Origin: Marsupella aquatica | Lineage: Eukaryota > Plantae > Marchantiophyta | Length of the DNA: 64,000 nucleotides | Direction of reading: 5' to 3' | Assembly: GCA_973895155.1 (NCBI GenBank) | Contig: OZ316897.1 | Span: 13,019,375-13,083,374, forward strand | Shown: piece after piece, positions 1-14,075 of the stretch | Layout: every line of letters begins with the position of its first letter | Numbering within the stretch: position 1 is the stretch's first letter | The notes under the pieces: model-generated | Told to the model about the DNA's origin: nothing | Databases searched by the model: none | Seen by the model: only the letters and a program-made list of their open reading frames with translations | Program-made: the position numbers and the translations under genes

Positions 1-373
1 AGAGTTCAATCCTAATGTCACTGTTCACTCGCTGCGCTCAGTAGACACTGTACTTTGAATCCAGTAGCAATCAGTCAGAGCTTGAGATTTGTGACATTTT
101 GTACGTTACGGTTTTTCCATCCGGTATGGGCTTTTTGGAGATGAGGAAAGGCAGGTTTCAGCTGGGTTTTTCCAGAGAGATTGTTTTCCCATAAACCCTG
201 TTGGACATCAGGGGTTGTGATCTGTAGCTTGGAGAACAAAACATAAGACACTTTGACACATTCGTAAATCATACGTAGTATCTGTGGAGGAGTGCAAACA
301 TTGCGCTCACATCCATTGATTGATTCATTGTAAAAGACTGAATGCTCTATCCAGAGTCAGTCGCGCATACTGC

Positions 374-1878
374 TTAAGTGCAGGCACTCCTGCCCTTCAA
401 ACGAGTTTGAAAAGAGCCAGGCGCGCCATAGGAAGCTCGAACACGTGTTGGGCAACAGACTGCCTTACACCCGCGCCACTTTACGGTAAGGAGTAAAGAG
501 CTAAAAACAAGCCCTACGATAAGAACGAAAGTGAAAGTGGGAAGACGTCGAGACCAGAACACAGAAGGGAAACACTTCACAAGGGAAACACTTCACAGGG
601 GTCATAATCTTCTTCGCAACGAATGTCTCACAAATACTCTTAATGAGACTTACGCGTCCAACTCTATCGTGTCCTGTGGTGGGGAGCAATGATATAGGAG
701 ACGTATCGACGATGAAAAAGCCGGTCGTTTTGAGCTGCTCAACTTCCACTACATTCCCCTGGCTGTTACATTTATCTTCCAATGTGAACTACGATAACTT
801 GAATTCGATCACACATATCCTGAATCGTACATAGTTAGAGAAACAAAACTTTTGATATAGAGACAAAAACCAACAGCGCCATCACACTCATAACTTTTAA
901 ATACTCTGTTTCCATTTTTACATTGAATATATCTACAATGCGTGGCTGGGTGCAAAACCTTTGTCTTCATCCTTTCCAAGCTCTGTGTATCATAACGGGC
1001 GGTATTGCCCCTCGTGACAAAACAAGTCTCTTGAGACCTGTGGGCCTTCGCGAGTATTCTTTCTGACCAAATCTCACCTCTCACATCAACTCGTGATTAC
1101 CCTCTCAAATCGGTGGCCGACTCGGACCATCACCTTCAAAAATTGCCATTCACGGTCTTTTCTCAATCCAGGGAGACAGAGGCGTTGAATTTTGTGAAGA
1201 AAAATGGATCGATGCTGAATCAGCTTCGCGGGCGAAGACGGGAAGGTCTCCCATCCCCACGTTTTTCTACTGCTGCAGTGAAAGCACTGTCCCGCTCCTC
1301 TAATCCGAAGTTACCAACGTACCTTTGTCCGATGCTAAGAGAAACTGAGAAACATATCCGACCAAATGAGGTCCATGAAGAACTAAAACACTGCAAAAAG
1401 TATTGCACCCAAAACATCAAAATATGAAAAGAGATAGAGCTTACGACGTATGTTTCTCGTTAATATGTTCCACCTATTCCAAATGTTGACGATTTCCCTC
1501 ACTCTTAGATTCCATGAGGCACTCATTTCTTCTTGTGGTAGGTGCCTTGAGGGTCTCCATCTCTTCTCTCGTCTCTTCTGCAAGTGCACCATCACCTTTC
1601 AAACAATCGTGCAACATGTCGCCAAGCATTGAGCTAGTGTGGGGAGTCCCATAGAAGAACATCCCTTTCATATTTGAAAAGAGAGCATGAGCATGCTGTG
1701 CACGAGGCTTTCCTGTAGCTCAGATAAACTTGGTCCGCAAGCAAACAGAATTCTTTCAAGGCCAAACCTCCAGGCAGTGCCCCACGAGTACCACTGGACA
1801 TCCTCCCTCTCCTGGATTAACCTAGACCCCAGCCACCAGATTCTCTCCTGTTAGATGCATGTCCATCCTCCCAGACTC
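374..1878 (-). pseudogene. Decayed alpha/beta-hydrolase (SERAC1/DUF676-like) gene, copy 1, 5' part lost; possible trypsin-like C-terminal remnant
   Basis: Minus-strand fragments read PVVLVGHCL(G)GL (~1760-1800, frameshifted) and GMFFYGTPH (ORF 1474-1671). 1290-1878 is clearly homologous to 11060-11670. Homology stops at ~1878. Confidence 0.65.
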
Positions 1879-3042
1879 TGACCAATACATTCTTAACGAA
1901 GAAAACTCCCTACAGTCATCTCCACTCCTTATACTACCAGGCATTCAATATTTGTCATAGGGGTGAGCAGTTGGTGTTAGGGCCTTCTTGTGATATGGTC
2001 ACTATTCTTCCTAGTCAGAGGTATGCAGTTGGTGTTAGGGACTCTAATCAAATGCTTGTGCTTCACCCTCCTCTGCAGTTCAGTTCACTAGAGAACTATT
2101 GGCCCTCCAGGTTGCCAATAGATAGGTTTTATGTTTTTTTCCTAGCTTTGGGGTGGTAAGCTATTGCATGGCTTTTTGGCCTTTTTGGTTGCCTCTGCTT
2201 GATCAAGTCTTTCACCTGGGGCTGTGTCTCCCAATTTGGAGCCCCTTGTTGTTTGATTCGGTTAGGTGCCTCTTGTTTTGTTTTACTGTTTGAGACATAT
2301 TACATTAGGGTGGCTTTACAAGATCTTGGGGGTAATTTGAAAGTTTTCTTCCCAAACCTAATCTATGGGCCATGCATTCAACATCCTAAAGATAGTGTCC
2401 AGGGGCCAAGAGGGAGTTTGGAATTGTGTTATAGCCCTCAATGTGTTGTAAAGGGAACTCTAGCAAATGGTTTATTTGTTAGAATACAAGTTGGGAGCCG
2501 GTCCATGTAAAAGTCAGAGAGTTCATTGGCTAGTGCCCTTCTTGTTCTAACAAGACAATATATGTTGAAGGGCATGTGGGTCCACATTTAATTTTCAAGA
2601 CTCAAAATAGGAATGCCACATGAAGAGAAGTCCAAGGGAGGTGGGCCGGGGGGGGGGGGGGGGGGTTCCTCATTTGTTTTCTTCCTATCCATCATGCTCT
2701 CATTTCTTTTCTTCAGACCCATCATGCACGAATACTTATAGGGTTTTTTATTGAGTTTAATAAAAGACTTTGAATTTGTGGAAGAACATTAGGGACATTT
2801 AGTTCAATTTTGAAGATTCTAATAATTAGAGTGTTTTTTAAACAGAATATAAAAATCTTTAAAGAATATTCCAAAAAATTAGGATAATTTTTTTACTGTA
2901 AACAACTTATTTATTGATATTCTATGGTGCTTATTACTCCAAAATTTGATCCCTAATATGGGACCCCTCTTGGAGTGAGGCCCCACACAGGTGATCTAAA
3001 ATGTGTGACAGAAAATGTGTGACACGTAAGAGGGAAAAAGTC

Positions 3043-3140
3043 GGTCCCGCTTCATTTAAAGTAGGATCCGCATAGGTTAGGTTGAAAGGTCCCACTTCAT
3101 TTAAAGTAGGGATCCGCATAGGTTAGGTTGAAAGTGTCCC
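3043..3140. repeat. Tandem duplication, ~46-bp unit
   Basis: ggtccc(g/a)cttcatttaaagtagg(g)atccgcataggttaggttgaaa occurs twice, followed by a degenerate third copy. Confidence 0.85.
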
Positions 3141-5084
3141 CACTCTTTCCACGTAGGATCCTCACAATTTACGTTGAAAGTGCTCCTACCCGTCGAAACT
3201 GCCCCCGCATGAAGTGTTTGGGTTGCCTGGATCATGAAGAGACCAAAACAATTGAAAGTGCCCCAAAGTCGTGAGGAAACCCTCATACCGTGAGAGTACC
3301 CTCACACGATCCCGAGAATAAAAGAAAAGAGCAGTGGGCCCTACGTTGGATTTCCGTGTATTATAACCTTTGCACCGACGAGATGTCATTGGGCACCAAG
3401 TTTCCAGTTTGGATTTGATACGGAAACTCCGGACCGTCCGGCATCCAACGGGATTTCCCGGCGACCGTCTTCTTGGCAAAGGTGACTTCCGATTGACTTC
3501 AGATGCAGAACCCCCTTTCTGGTTTTTAAAAAGCAGATATGAATTTATGAAATTGGAACAACTTCTCTCCACCTAAGGTGCTTACCTTATGACTGTGATA
3601 CTGGATGGGCAAAGGTGCGAACTGGCTCCCCGGAAGAAACTTTCTTTGCCTTCCACCTAAGCTGCGCAAGAAGAACCCGAAGCCAATCCCAGGGAACAGT
3701 AAAGCTTCATAGGGTCTTTCTATCCAGGTGCAGGTAGTACACATCTTCACAGACATGTCTATTTCACCAAGTTTCTCTCCGAGAAATATTTTTTGTTTAT
3801 TTTATTCCATCGGACCCTTTCCCCCCTTTGGGCCTCCATTCGCAATGCGAATAAAGCGGGAGAGGAGAAAGAAGCTTTCTTCTCTGGAATTCACTTTTCA
3901 AACGCTACGAGAAAGAAGTTTTCTTCTCTGGAATTCACTTTGGAATTCACTTTTCAAATGCTACGTCGTTTCAGGCAAAAATTAAGTAATGACCTAGTGG
4001 ACTACCTACAGGAGGGGGCAGGAACCTTACCTTTCCCGTGAATTATGGAGTGATTTGACTTTTTTAGAGTTAAGGGCCGAAACCCCTTTGAGTGGTCAAA
4101 AGGGGCCCGAAAAGTCACAACACCTCACCGATCGCCAGACGGCCAGAATGACAGAATCTCTCGCGCGAATTCCTATACCATGGAAGGTAGGATTTGGAAA
4201 GTATACTTCTGTACATTAGGTCGGTTTGCAAGGCAAAAGAAAGTACACTTGACCGTGACCTCTGGTTCTTCCGGGTGGTTGCCTTTTTGGGCCTCCCTTT
4301 CTGTATTGTATTCTGGCTTTTTGATTGGATTTCATTGAGTTTTTTTAGAGGAAAAAAAAAAAAGTACATTTCTGTACACTTGGATCACACGGGAGAGTTT
4401 ATTATTATCTACATCTATAATATGCAATGCTGCCAAAAAATACTTTAGTCTACTTACAAAATTGAAAATGAAGGGAATCAAACTAAACCGGCAAATTATT
4501 TTTAAGTTTTTTATGTACTCTTGGATTGATTCACCAAGAGTGTCAAATGATATACTTCTCTTTATAATATAATACACAGTATGAGGTATTTCTTATGTAC
4601 ATTCTTATGTGACATCATCTAAAATGTTTCTTTCTCTTTTATTAATAAGTTACACACATCTCAACTATAAACTTTTGGGGCATGTCAAATTTTTTGGATT
4701 TTTCATAGAATATGATTATAAGGTACATCTACAAACAATAATTGTCACTGAGGGACAATTGGGGTCGTAGTATAACTGTTACTGTCCCAGAGTATATGAA
4801 TACCCTGGAGACTTGAAGCCACAAGGAAGGGAGAGGGTCGGTTTTCAAAGATAAAAGAGAAAAGCCACAAGGAGGGAGAGGGGAGAGGTTGGTTTCTAAA
4901 GATAAAGGGACAAAAAGAAGTAAAATAAATTTGAGTACATGGAAAAAACTGCAAAGCAAGAAAAGGATAGAGGGGATAATATTTTTGCCAGCCAAGAGCT
5001 TTCCCATGATGGAAAACTTATAGTTTTTTGTGCATAAAAATACTTATTTATCAAAATCTTGAAAAATGGAACATTAAAACAAAA

Positions 5085-6080
5085 AGTGTTTCCCTCCTCC
5101 ACATCGGTGTCTTGCCTCAACATTTCTGTCTTGCTTCTGCCTTGACATTTTCACTCTCTTCAACATTCTTGCCTGGCCTTCACATCTTCCTTTGCCTCTA
5201 CATCCTTGCCTCGCCTCAAATTCTTGGGCATTGGGCTATCACACAATAAGGGATCCCATCCATTTATGGGATCATCTGTTTACAGTCGCAAGATTCGGCC
5301 CGGTTCAACCTCAACCATTGGATGGAAAAGAAGTTTTTTGTGGCCCTTAATCTGCAAAACTCCATTAATAGGTCTGGATACTATCTCCTCTAACTCCCTT
5401 TCAGTATGTTGGGTTTCTCCCACTTTGCCTTTTGTGTCTGTCTTTTTGCTTTTATTTCATTTAATTTATTTCTGAACATTGCCTTAATTTCTCCGTAATT
5501 ATTTGTCTTTTGCATTGCTTTGACATTGCTTTGACCTCGCTTGACATCTTTGCCTCTCCTCGACATCTTGCCCTTGCCTCAACATCTTCGCATCTCCTCG
5601 ACATCTTACCCTCTCCTCAACATCTTTGTCTCTCCTTGACATCCTTGACATCTGGCCCTTGCCTCGACATCTTGCCCTCATCTAAACATTTTTGCCTCGC
5701 CTTGACATCTTTCTCTCCCCTTGACATCTTGCTCTTGCCTGGATATCTTTGCCTCTCCTCGACATCTGGCCCTCCCCTGAACATCTTTGCATCTCCTTGA
5801 AATCTTTCTCTCGCCTTAACATCTTTGCATCTCCTTGACATCTTAGTATGTCCTCAACATCTTACCCTCTCCTCAAAAATTTTGTCTCTCCTCGACATCT
5901 TGCCCTTGCCTCAACATTTTGTCCTCATCTCAAAATTTTGTCCTCAAAATGTTGCATTCACCTCGACATCCAGCCTTCACTTGGAATCTTGCCCTTACCT
6001 CAACATCTTGCCTTCACCTAGAAATTTTGCCCTCATTCAAAATCTTGTCCTCACCTCAACATCTTGACCTCACTCAACAA
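5085..6080. repeat. Degenerate ~18-20-bp minisatellite (ctcgacatcttgcc family)
   Basis: Dozens of ctc(g/a)acatctt units at 5085-5225 and 5510-6080. The same family occurs in reverse complement at ~59960-60470. Confidence 0.85.
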
Positions 6081-6159
6081 CTTTCTAGTTTATATATAAT
6101 ATATATTTATCTCACACAAGGCAGGACAAATCCGTTCGAAAGAAACACTCTGCGTTCTC

Positions 6160-7085
6160 TCCCGTCCGCACTCAGTCTTTGAGAGCGCCCGTTCTCTTCA
6201 AAGGCATCGCTCTCTCCTTCTCGCACTGAGTCTTTTGAGAGCGCTAGTTCTATTCCAAGCTAGGCGCAGCGCTCTCTGCGCCTCGCACTGAGTCTTTGAA
6301 AGCGCTCGTTCTATTCCAAGGCAGCTGAGGCACCAGCAGTTGCCACTGACACCACAAGTGTACTTGGCAGCTCAAGTCCTCACACGACAGCTTCGTCACA
6401 TCAGGTGTTCCGTCGACTCTCGTCTCTTATTTCTAATTTCACTTTTAATTATGATCTATCTTTTTATCATCTCTGATGTCAGATGGATGGGCACCATATA
6501 TACAAGTTCTGCATTTTCACTTCTTGTAAGCCAAATCTCCGCGCTTCCAGCACAAAGCCGGAGGATCATCCTATATTCGACACAGTGTGCGCTCACATGC
6601 TTGGTCTTGATTTCACAATCACGTAGAGAAGAAACTTGATCCATTTCAGGCCATCCATGCCAGATGATATGTAAGTCTTCGAGTTACCTCTCGTTGTTGC
6701 ATTGTTGCAGTACTCCATATAGTAACAACAAGCTACCTGCTGCAGCGACCGTAACACCGGTTGACTGCATGTGCTCTCACCTTGCTTCTCGCACTCAGTC
6801 TTTGGGAGCGCTCGCTTGATTCGACGCTAGGAAACCACCAGTTGCCAATGACACCGCAAGTGTACTTGGCAGCTTAATTCCTCACACGGCGGCTTCGTCA
6901 CATCAGGTGTTCCGCAGACTCTCGTCTCTTATTTCAAGCTAACCTCTCGTTTAGGATGGTCGTGCTTTAGCAATCTCTGTTGCCAGATAAGTCCTTCCTT
7001 TAGCTTCGAATGGAATTAAAGAATACAGCAGAGTCGACCAGCCTGTAAGATCCTTAGTTTCTTCGCTCGCATTATGACAATTTTA
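6160..7085. repeat. Dispersed repeat family, copy A (internally duplicated)
   Basis: 6335-6435 matches 6835-6935, and 6560-7080 matches 18060-18648 (e.g. gaatacagcagagtcgaccagcctg...cttcgctcgcattatga). Confidence 0.85.
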
Positions 7086-7319
7086 ATTTTGGCCACAATT
7101 TTAATTTGTCCAAGTGCAATTGCCGTGCTTGGGGAGCTTTGTCGATTTGTTTGCATTTCCATCAAAATGGTGCGCCTCTCTTGAATGGATCCACTTGCAC
7201 CTATTGCTGAACAGTGCATAGACCCCCAAACCGTAAACGACACGGGCGGATCGAGAGTAGAAAAGCCGAGTCCTTCTTACATTTTGATCAGAGCATGTTG
7301 CAGAAATTTGCTCATATTC

Positions 7320-7585
7320 GAGTCTAATGCCGTAGTTTCTTTTCGAGTCTATGATGGAATCATCTGCTCTTCGACTGTATGGCTACAGTTAAGTGCTCTT
7401 CGGTCTATGCTGCACAGTTATGTGCTCTTTTAGTCTGTGTAGCACAATTTTGCTCTTCGAGTCTATACTGCAGTAATCTACTCGAAGAGTGTATGCTGCA
7501 GTTGTCTGCTCTTCGAGACTATGCTGCAGAAAATTTCTATTCGAGTCTAAGCTGCAGCAATTTTCTCTTGCAGTCTAAGTATGCC
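7320..7585. repeat. Degenerate tandem array (ctcttcgagtctatgctgca-like)
   Basis: About 9 units of ~27-30 bp. The reverse complement resembles the tgtagcaatagagcccgaaag units at 17600-17980. Confidence 0.7.
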
Positions 7586-9848
7586 TTGACAACCTTCTCT
7601 CCAGGACACCTGCCCTCAGGGGCGCGCTAGCCCCTTCTACCCGCCCTTCGACGCAGCCTGGCCTTTCGGCGGCTTCCCTTGGAGTTTGGACCAAAGTTTG
7701 CACATGTCACTGCTGGACAAGTATCACGGCGCTGTATGTTGATAGTAGCTTGCATGTAAACATTCCTGGTGTTCTTTCATCTTTCATCTTTCATCTTAGC
7801 CGGTTTGTATTGGGCTCAGCTTCTACTTGACTTGAATCTGGGACTCCCGTCCTTTGTTTGTTTTGCGGAATTCGGAACCTCAAATTCCGATTTGAGGCTC
7901 CGAATTCCGATTTGAGGTTCGAAATTCGGGTCCAGCTGGATCATATATTTCGCAGACCTTGTAGACGTTCGGAGAGCAAAGCCACCGCTCTCAGCTCTTC
8001 CCCTCACTTGCTTAAATAATTTCTGACGCGGTGTCTGGACTTTATATCCAGTTGATTATTGGCATCATTCATTCTGGTTGTCATTGACTACCGTGATGCT
8101 AGGACAGCTAGTACCGCAAAGATCTCTTTTCATTGTTTCCTTCGATGTGGTTCCGTTCTTCAAGAATAACGTCCAAAACGCTTACGTAAAGGCCACCAAT
8201 TCGTTTCGGAGACGACATCTCTTTGCTGACGGGGGCTGGAATGTTGGATCGTTTACGACGTGAAGTTGCTTGGCGCGGGCGGGCCTTAGATCTGGGTCCT
8301 GTAAGAGGTCCCCAGTTGGACGAGCAAGGAAACGTTGGAGGGCAGGGTTCTGTAGCTGCTGCTTCTGTGGGAGTTCGCTCCAGATTTAATTCTTCAGGTC
8401 TAAATAGACCTTTCGAAAAGACCCTGAGGAAGAACTTGGTTAATTCAAGCTCAAATTAGGATTGGGGTCGACAAACGAACAAGAAGTTCTACTGTGCACT
8501 AGCTGCACGTGCACATACAATGTACTAAAGTGCCACACAATCTTAAGAGAAACCCTCTTTAAAGCTCGATCAAAAGCTTTCTCTTGTGTGATGGCCGGAA
8601 TCTTTCGTTGCAGTCACGTAATTGGCACGGAATGGGGCATTCTGCGTGTAGGATTATTTTATTTGTTTGTAATGCGTTAGAGTTCGTGGCTTACTTACGC
8701 ATTTCTAAGTTAGGACTGTTGGAGAGTCGTCAGGCTGGCAGGAATACAAGTCTTAATTGATTTCACACTCTCGATCAAATTCAATTTTGTACGTAGAGTT
8801 CGGTTTGAACGCTGAACGTTGGCATTACTTTGCTGCTGTAGCTGGGCGCTCTGGAAGAACAAACTCATGCGACATCCTGCACACCTGCAAGGGCTGTATC
8901 CGACAACAGAATTGATATTTTGGCTCAACCATCTATCCTAAGTTTGTTAGCTCCCTTGGTTTGTCAAAATTCGGGAGCATTATAGGAGGAATCTGATACA
9001 TTTAGGCCTGTAGGACGACACAGTTCTGTTTAATCTCGTTTTTCCTTTCTCTTTGAAAGAAACAGGGGACAGTCCTGCTCTTTATTCCACAAGGAGTGAG
9101 ACGAGAACCTCACTCCGGAAGGAAAAAACAATTCAAAATAATCTCAAAGAGCGTCCTATTCCAAAGGATTCAATGACATATCGCAATTAAAAACCCAATG
9201 CCAACCAGGGAAATCTGCACGGCATCTACTTCTGAGCGAAAGGAGGTGCGACAGTCCTATCACAGAGTTTGGTTAGTTCCGGTGTCGAACAGTGAGAAAC
9301 CAATATTTATGGAAATCAATCACCAGTATGAAGGAAACATGTACTCAATAAAATCGACTGGCTGTAAGGCTCATGGCAACAGGATATCTAATTCGGGTAA
9401 ATCTCTCAGGATCAGTAGAGTACAGTTGTACTCAGGTCTGTCGATATAGTTCCAGTCCCCTTTGTTAATTCAGAGTTCATGGCTTCATTCAGTGCGACGA
9501 CGCAAGCCACTGCTAGTGAAGTAATCTGAGTTTTACTTAACTCTTCTCTTGAGAAGAATGGTTTCATCTGAGTGGATCATTAAAAAACAAACATGTATGC
9601 AGGTGAAGGAGAAGCATCAGGCTAATGTGATGGTAATGCAGGGTTTGGTTGAATATTTGTTATTCAAGTTGATGCTTTTGGTGGGCAGCCTCTAGCAGTC
9701 GGAAGCATCTCAGTCAAGCGAGTTTCGAAGATATCGCAAACGTATGTGAGACTGAAATATCCTGCGACATTTAATATTTGTGCTGACTGGGTTGAATTTT
9801 TTTATGTTGTCAGGTAAAACAGACTCCTACGGCCAGCAGTACGTGGAC

Positions 9849-10085
9849 ATGGATCCTAACGTTTTGAATATACTGCTCAATATCCTGTCCGACTGTATCT
9901 TTGAGGGCTTCAAGCTGGTCTTGACATGGGTTATTGCGAACTACATTATGATGTGGTTCGCAATAATTAGACAGTTATTTGGTCCCGTATTAGACAGGCA
10001 AGGACCTCAAGCGCAGCCAAGAGAGGCTCAAGAGCAGCCAGGAGAGGTTCAAGAGCAGCCAGGAGAGCAAGTAGGAGAGCCTTAA
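9849..10085 (+). CDS. Putative small orphan protein with a hydrophobic segment and a Q/E/P-repeat tail
   Basis: MDPNVLNILL...LVLTWVIANYIMMWFAII...(QEQPGE)n. Preceded by a good acceptor (tttatgttgtcag, ~9813) and candidate upstream exons ~9474-9520 and ~9604-9741 with GT-AG boundaries. Confidence 0.4.
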   Translation: MDPNVLNILLNILSDCIFEGFKLVLTWVIANYIMMWFAIIRQLFGPVLDRQGPQAQPREAQEQPGEVQEQPGEQVGEP

Positions 10086-10149
10086 AAGTATACCCAAGAA
10101 GAATCTGGACCAATTTAATACACCAAACCAGAAACTAAGCTGAAACATT

Positions 10150-11870
10150 GACTGTTCAATGATTACCTTCATTTTGGAAATTGGACTCCTTGCTCCATGG
10201 CTAGTCTGCTGACATACAAGAGGGCCGGCCAAGGTGAATCAAATCTTCAAAGGTAGATGTGTCCTTTTTGTTAATATATGAAAGTTAGGGATCTCATCGT
10301 GTATGTAATTTCTTCATCAACAAGTATGTTTTCAAGCTTACAATGGGCCTTGGTAGACGGTACCAATGGACATGGATTTTACAAACTTCTCGATATATTG
10401 AGATCTAACTGCCTGCTGAGTTCCAAGGAAATTCAAATGGTTGAAACAAATAGGAGGCCTGAATTCTCCCTCGTAATAAAAGAATAGACATTGATTAAAA
10501 CTGAAGTTCATGTAATCGATCGGCAACTTCAAATTAAGCCGGTCGGGAAAATTATTAATCCTCAATGTAGCGATCAGAAGTAGATCTTCTAACGCCACCT
10601 CCGCATCACGTCTCTCATCGTTCCCAGTCAGGGACCACAATTCATAATCAACAGCAAATAGCAAGGCTAGGTCATGCGCATTGGTTCGGCGCTGAAACGT
10701 AGTCCAGAACTGCGGATGAATTTACTTGAGCCTATCGCCCTCTCTTCAACGATAAGGGATGATATCCCCAATTTATCGACGACAGCAACGCGTTCGGTCA
10801 AAGCAATAATTTCCACTCTCCTTCTCGAGGTGAATCTTGCAGTCCTTCCCACTTGAATTCAGATTTTTCATGTTCAATCTTTCCACGGCAGCCAGAGTTC
10901 GCCGTGTTTGTTGGAACAGCCGTTTCATGTTTTTTTTTCCAGAGAGATTGTTCCATAAACCCTGTTGGACATCAGTGATCATCATCTTCTTTGCAAAGAA
11001 TGTATATCAACTACTCTTAATGAGCCTTGCGCGTATAACTCTTTCGTCTCATATGCTGGGTCCCACTCCTCTAATCCGAAGTTACCAACATACCTCTGTC
11101 CGATGATGCTAAGAGAAACCGAGAAACAGATCCGACCAACATTAGGTCAAGCATAATAGAGAACTCAAGCAGTGCAAAAATACTGCACGCCAAACATCAA
11201 AAAATAAAACCAGATATTGCTTACCCGTATGTTTCTCGTGATTCGCCTAATCTTCCAAATGTTGACGATTTCCCCTCACTCTTTAATTCCATGAGACACT
11301 CATTTCTTCTTGTGGTAGATGTCTTGAGAGTCTCCATCTCTTCTCTCGTCTCTTCTGCGAGTGCATCCACACCTTTAAACAATCGTGCAACATGTTGCCA
11401 GCATTTGGCCAGTGTGGGAAGTCCCACAGAAGAACATCCCTTTCAGATTTGAAAAGAAAGCATGAGCACGTCGTGCACGAGGCTTTCATGTATTTGTCTG
11501 ACAAACTTTGTCCGCAAATTAACAAACAGAGTTCTTTCAAGACCAAACCTCCTAGGCAATTCCCCACGAGAACCACTGGACACCCTGCCTCTCCTAGACA
11601 ACCTCAACCCGAGTGAGGTCAGCCACCAGATTCTCTTCTGTTAAGTACATGTCCATATACCCTCCCAGGCTCCATAATTTTTGTGGCAAAAGAGCCATAC
11701 GATACTGAAAATGCGAACTTTGGGGAACATTCAGAGTTCTCTTGTCATCCACGTTGTAGCGTAAAGCTCTTCGCAATGCTGTATTTCAAGGCCGTGAAAG
11801 AAAACGACTTCTAGTTCTGGATTTTCCGCTCTAGAAAGTTGGTAGGCAAGATACACAATGGCGTTGAGCT
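10150..11870 (-). pseudogene. Decayed alpha/beta-hydrolase (SERAC1/DUF676-like, as at the N-terminus of liverwort HNL-type NLRs), copy 2
   Basis: Motifs in the expected order: LEVVFFHGL (11731-11949), CPVVLVGNCLGGLVLKELC (11283-11576), then the G.P/H region. Candidate donor ETY/gtaag at ~11225. Many frameshifts and stops. Confidence 0.7.
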
Positions 11871-13699
11871 GCAGAATACACAAGTGAACACTAGTCTGCC
11901 GGTCAAGATAGTTTATCCAACAAATAGTGAACAGCAACTTCTGTAGCACCTTAGAGAAACCCTACTGGCTGGCGAAAGCTTCCAATCCTATCCAAAACCT
12001 GTCTACATAGCATATGGGTGCATAACTGTGACAGGATGATCTGTCTTCTCTTCTGATCGACTGCTATCTGTCGTTAGAGTTTCTTCGGTTACTTATTTCT
12101 CATGTAAAATGCAGCGGGTGATTGTCTGCACTCCTCGTGTCATTTCTTAAGAGTTTCCGGTTTTACTTTACTCATGTAAACTGCCGCGGGTGTAAGTCGT
12201 TGAACTCACCACGTGTCTGTGTTTTAAGAGTTCTTTGTTTTCCGTTGTAAGGAGTTCACGTTCAATTCTCTGTATTTGAATTGTCTCGTTTATCCGCGGG
12301 GATGTGAGGTATTAAGGTTCATCTCTCCCTCCCTCTGGGGTATTGATCTGAGTTCATTTCTTAAGCTTTCTGTTCGATTCTCTTCACGGAGAATACGGGG
12401 AAAATAAAGAGGACAATCTGTACACCATCTATTCTCGATGTGTAGTCTCAGTCAATTGATGTGTGTAAAATTGTTATGTTCGCTCTATTGAGAACGATCA
12501 CAATAACCTACCAATTTGAGGTTGGCCACAAAACATTGAGGACTCGGAGGAAGTGTGGGGCTTGCTGTGAACTGTTGATTTCACCCGATCGTGAATAATG
12601 ATCAAGAAAAAGACAGGAAAGCTCATAAACACAAACATGAATATGCAATCATTTATTGTTGACATAGACAGAGACATTGTATTTCGCTCTCAGGCGCTTG
12701 TGGAAACATTCTCTTGAGGATGTTCTCCGAACAAAACAAGAGCCGATAGTTGTCCTGCTCGCTCAGGTCAAAACAACGACAAGCTCTTACCCGCAGATCA
12801 CGAACATAGTGACACATGGCGAAACTAAACTCATTTACACTCTGCCGCAACCTGACACAACAAATACTGCAATCCTCAACTCTAAACGTTCATTTATACT
12901 TATTCGAACGACCACTCGAGCAGTTGAGCAGAGACCCAGAACAGAGGATCTGTTCACACGAACACTCACTAATTGGGTACCATGATGCACCTGAAGCTCG
13001 CCGACCGAAGAGGATCTCCAGCGGAAATCACAAACAATTTGTTATTGACAGTAGTGCCCTCCCGTTAGTACGTCCTGTGATCAAATCGCCACTTCTGTGG
13101 CGGACCATCTCGGACGAGCATTCCAATATGATTACTTCGATGAGAAGCAGCGTCTGGGATCCGGGAACTCCCGTCTTGGATTGGAAGAACCCGCCTTCAG
13201 TGTGGGTTACTCTCCGGCTGCTAGTACTGTACGTACTCCGCAGGAACCTTCATGAAACTAAAGCTCATCCTTGCAATTGAATCGAATCTGATCAAGATTC
13301 TCAACCCTCGATCAGTCGCACTGAAGCGGAAAATAATGTAAATCATGGCACGAACTCGAAGTGCATTTCCCGCGCGGGGGACTGTTTCCTTCGCGAAACT
13401 ACTCTTTAATCTTTTTCTTCCCCTTTGCAAAACTGAAGAGTTCAAGTTGAAGGCTGCTCAAACTTGAGCACAACGGCAATCTCTTGAAGGTTCGGAGCAG
13501 CATGGTATAAAACACCGTATCTGAAAATGTGAGCGATAGATTCGAAGGGGCTGTGGAGAGTCCCTTTTTGACTAAGGGCTGACTTTTCTTCGTGAGCCTC
13601 TCCATGATTACGGGTACACGTTTTGTGAGTCTTGTATCCAGCATTTAAATAGTCAACTTGGTGGACCGATTCAACGCGATGGAGTCATGAAATGGTGCT

Positions 13700-14075
13700 A
13701 TATTAAATCTTTCAACGGCAGCCGAAGTTCCCCGTGTGAAACTAAAGCCAGTGTGCGTTGAAACTTAGTCTGTGGGTGTACTCGATTATATACAGCACGA
13801 TCATCATGCCAAAATTATAGCCTTCTGCTCATTCTGCTCGAGCCTTCAATCATGCTTGGCATTGCTCGCTGCGCTGAGTAGACGCTGAGTATGCGCTCAG
13901 TAGACTCTGAGTAGACTCTGAATTCAGAATCCATGAACCACAGCTTGAGATTTGTGACTTGTTTGGTGTTACAGTTTTTCTACCCGGTATTGGCCATCAT
14001 TTCATTAGGAAATGCAGGTTTCAAGTGGGTTTTCCGGAAAGATTGTTTTCCCATAAAACCTGTTGGACATCTATT
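13700..14075 (-). repeat. Third partial copy of the segment shared with 1-210 and 10875-10975
   Basis: cataaa(a/c)cctgttggacatc (minus strand CPTGFM) at ~190, ~10955 and ~14052. 13866-14070 aligns with 29-210, and 13706-13736 with 10876-10906. Confidence 0.75.

Noticed and set aside
2648-2666. Poly-G run as a functional G-quadruplex
   Set aside because: A simple homopolymer with no supporting context; its length is also error-prone.
2935-4772. Possible TA-flanked TIR element (tactccaaaatttgatccct ... agggacaattggggtcgtagta)
   Set aside because: The terminal similarity is too weak and gapped to support by eye, and no coding remnant was recognised.
5499-6182. Several 60-96-aa ORFs (also those at 59932-60370, 41742-42396, 14756-15076 and 49894-50388)
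   Set aside because: They are translations of tandem repeats with no protein-like signal.
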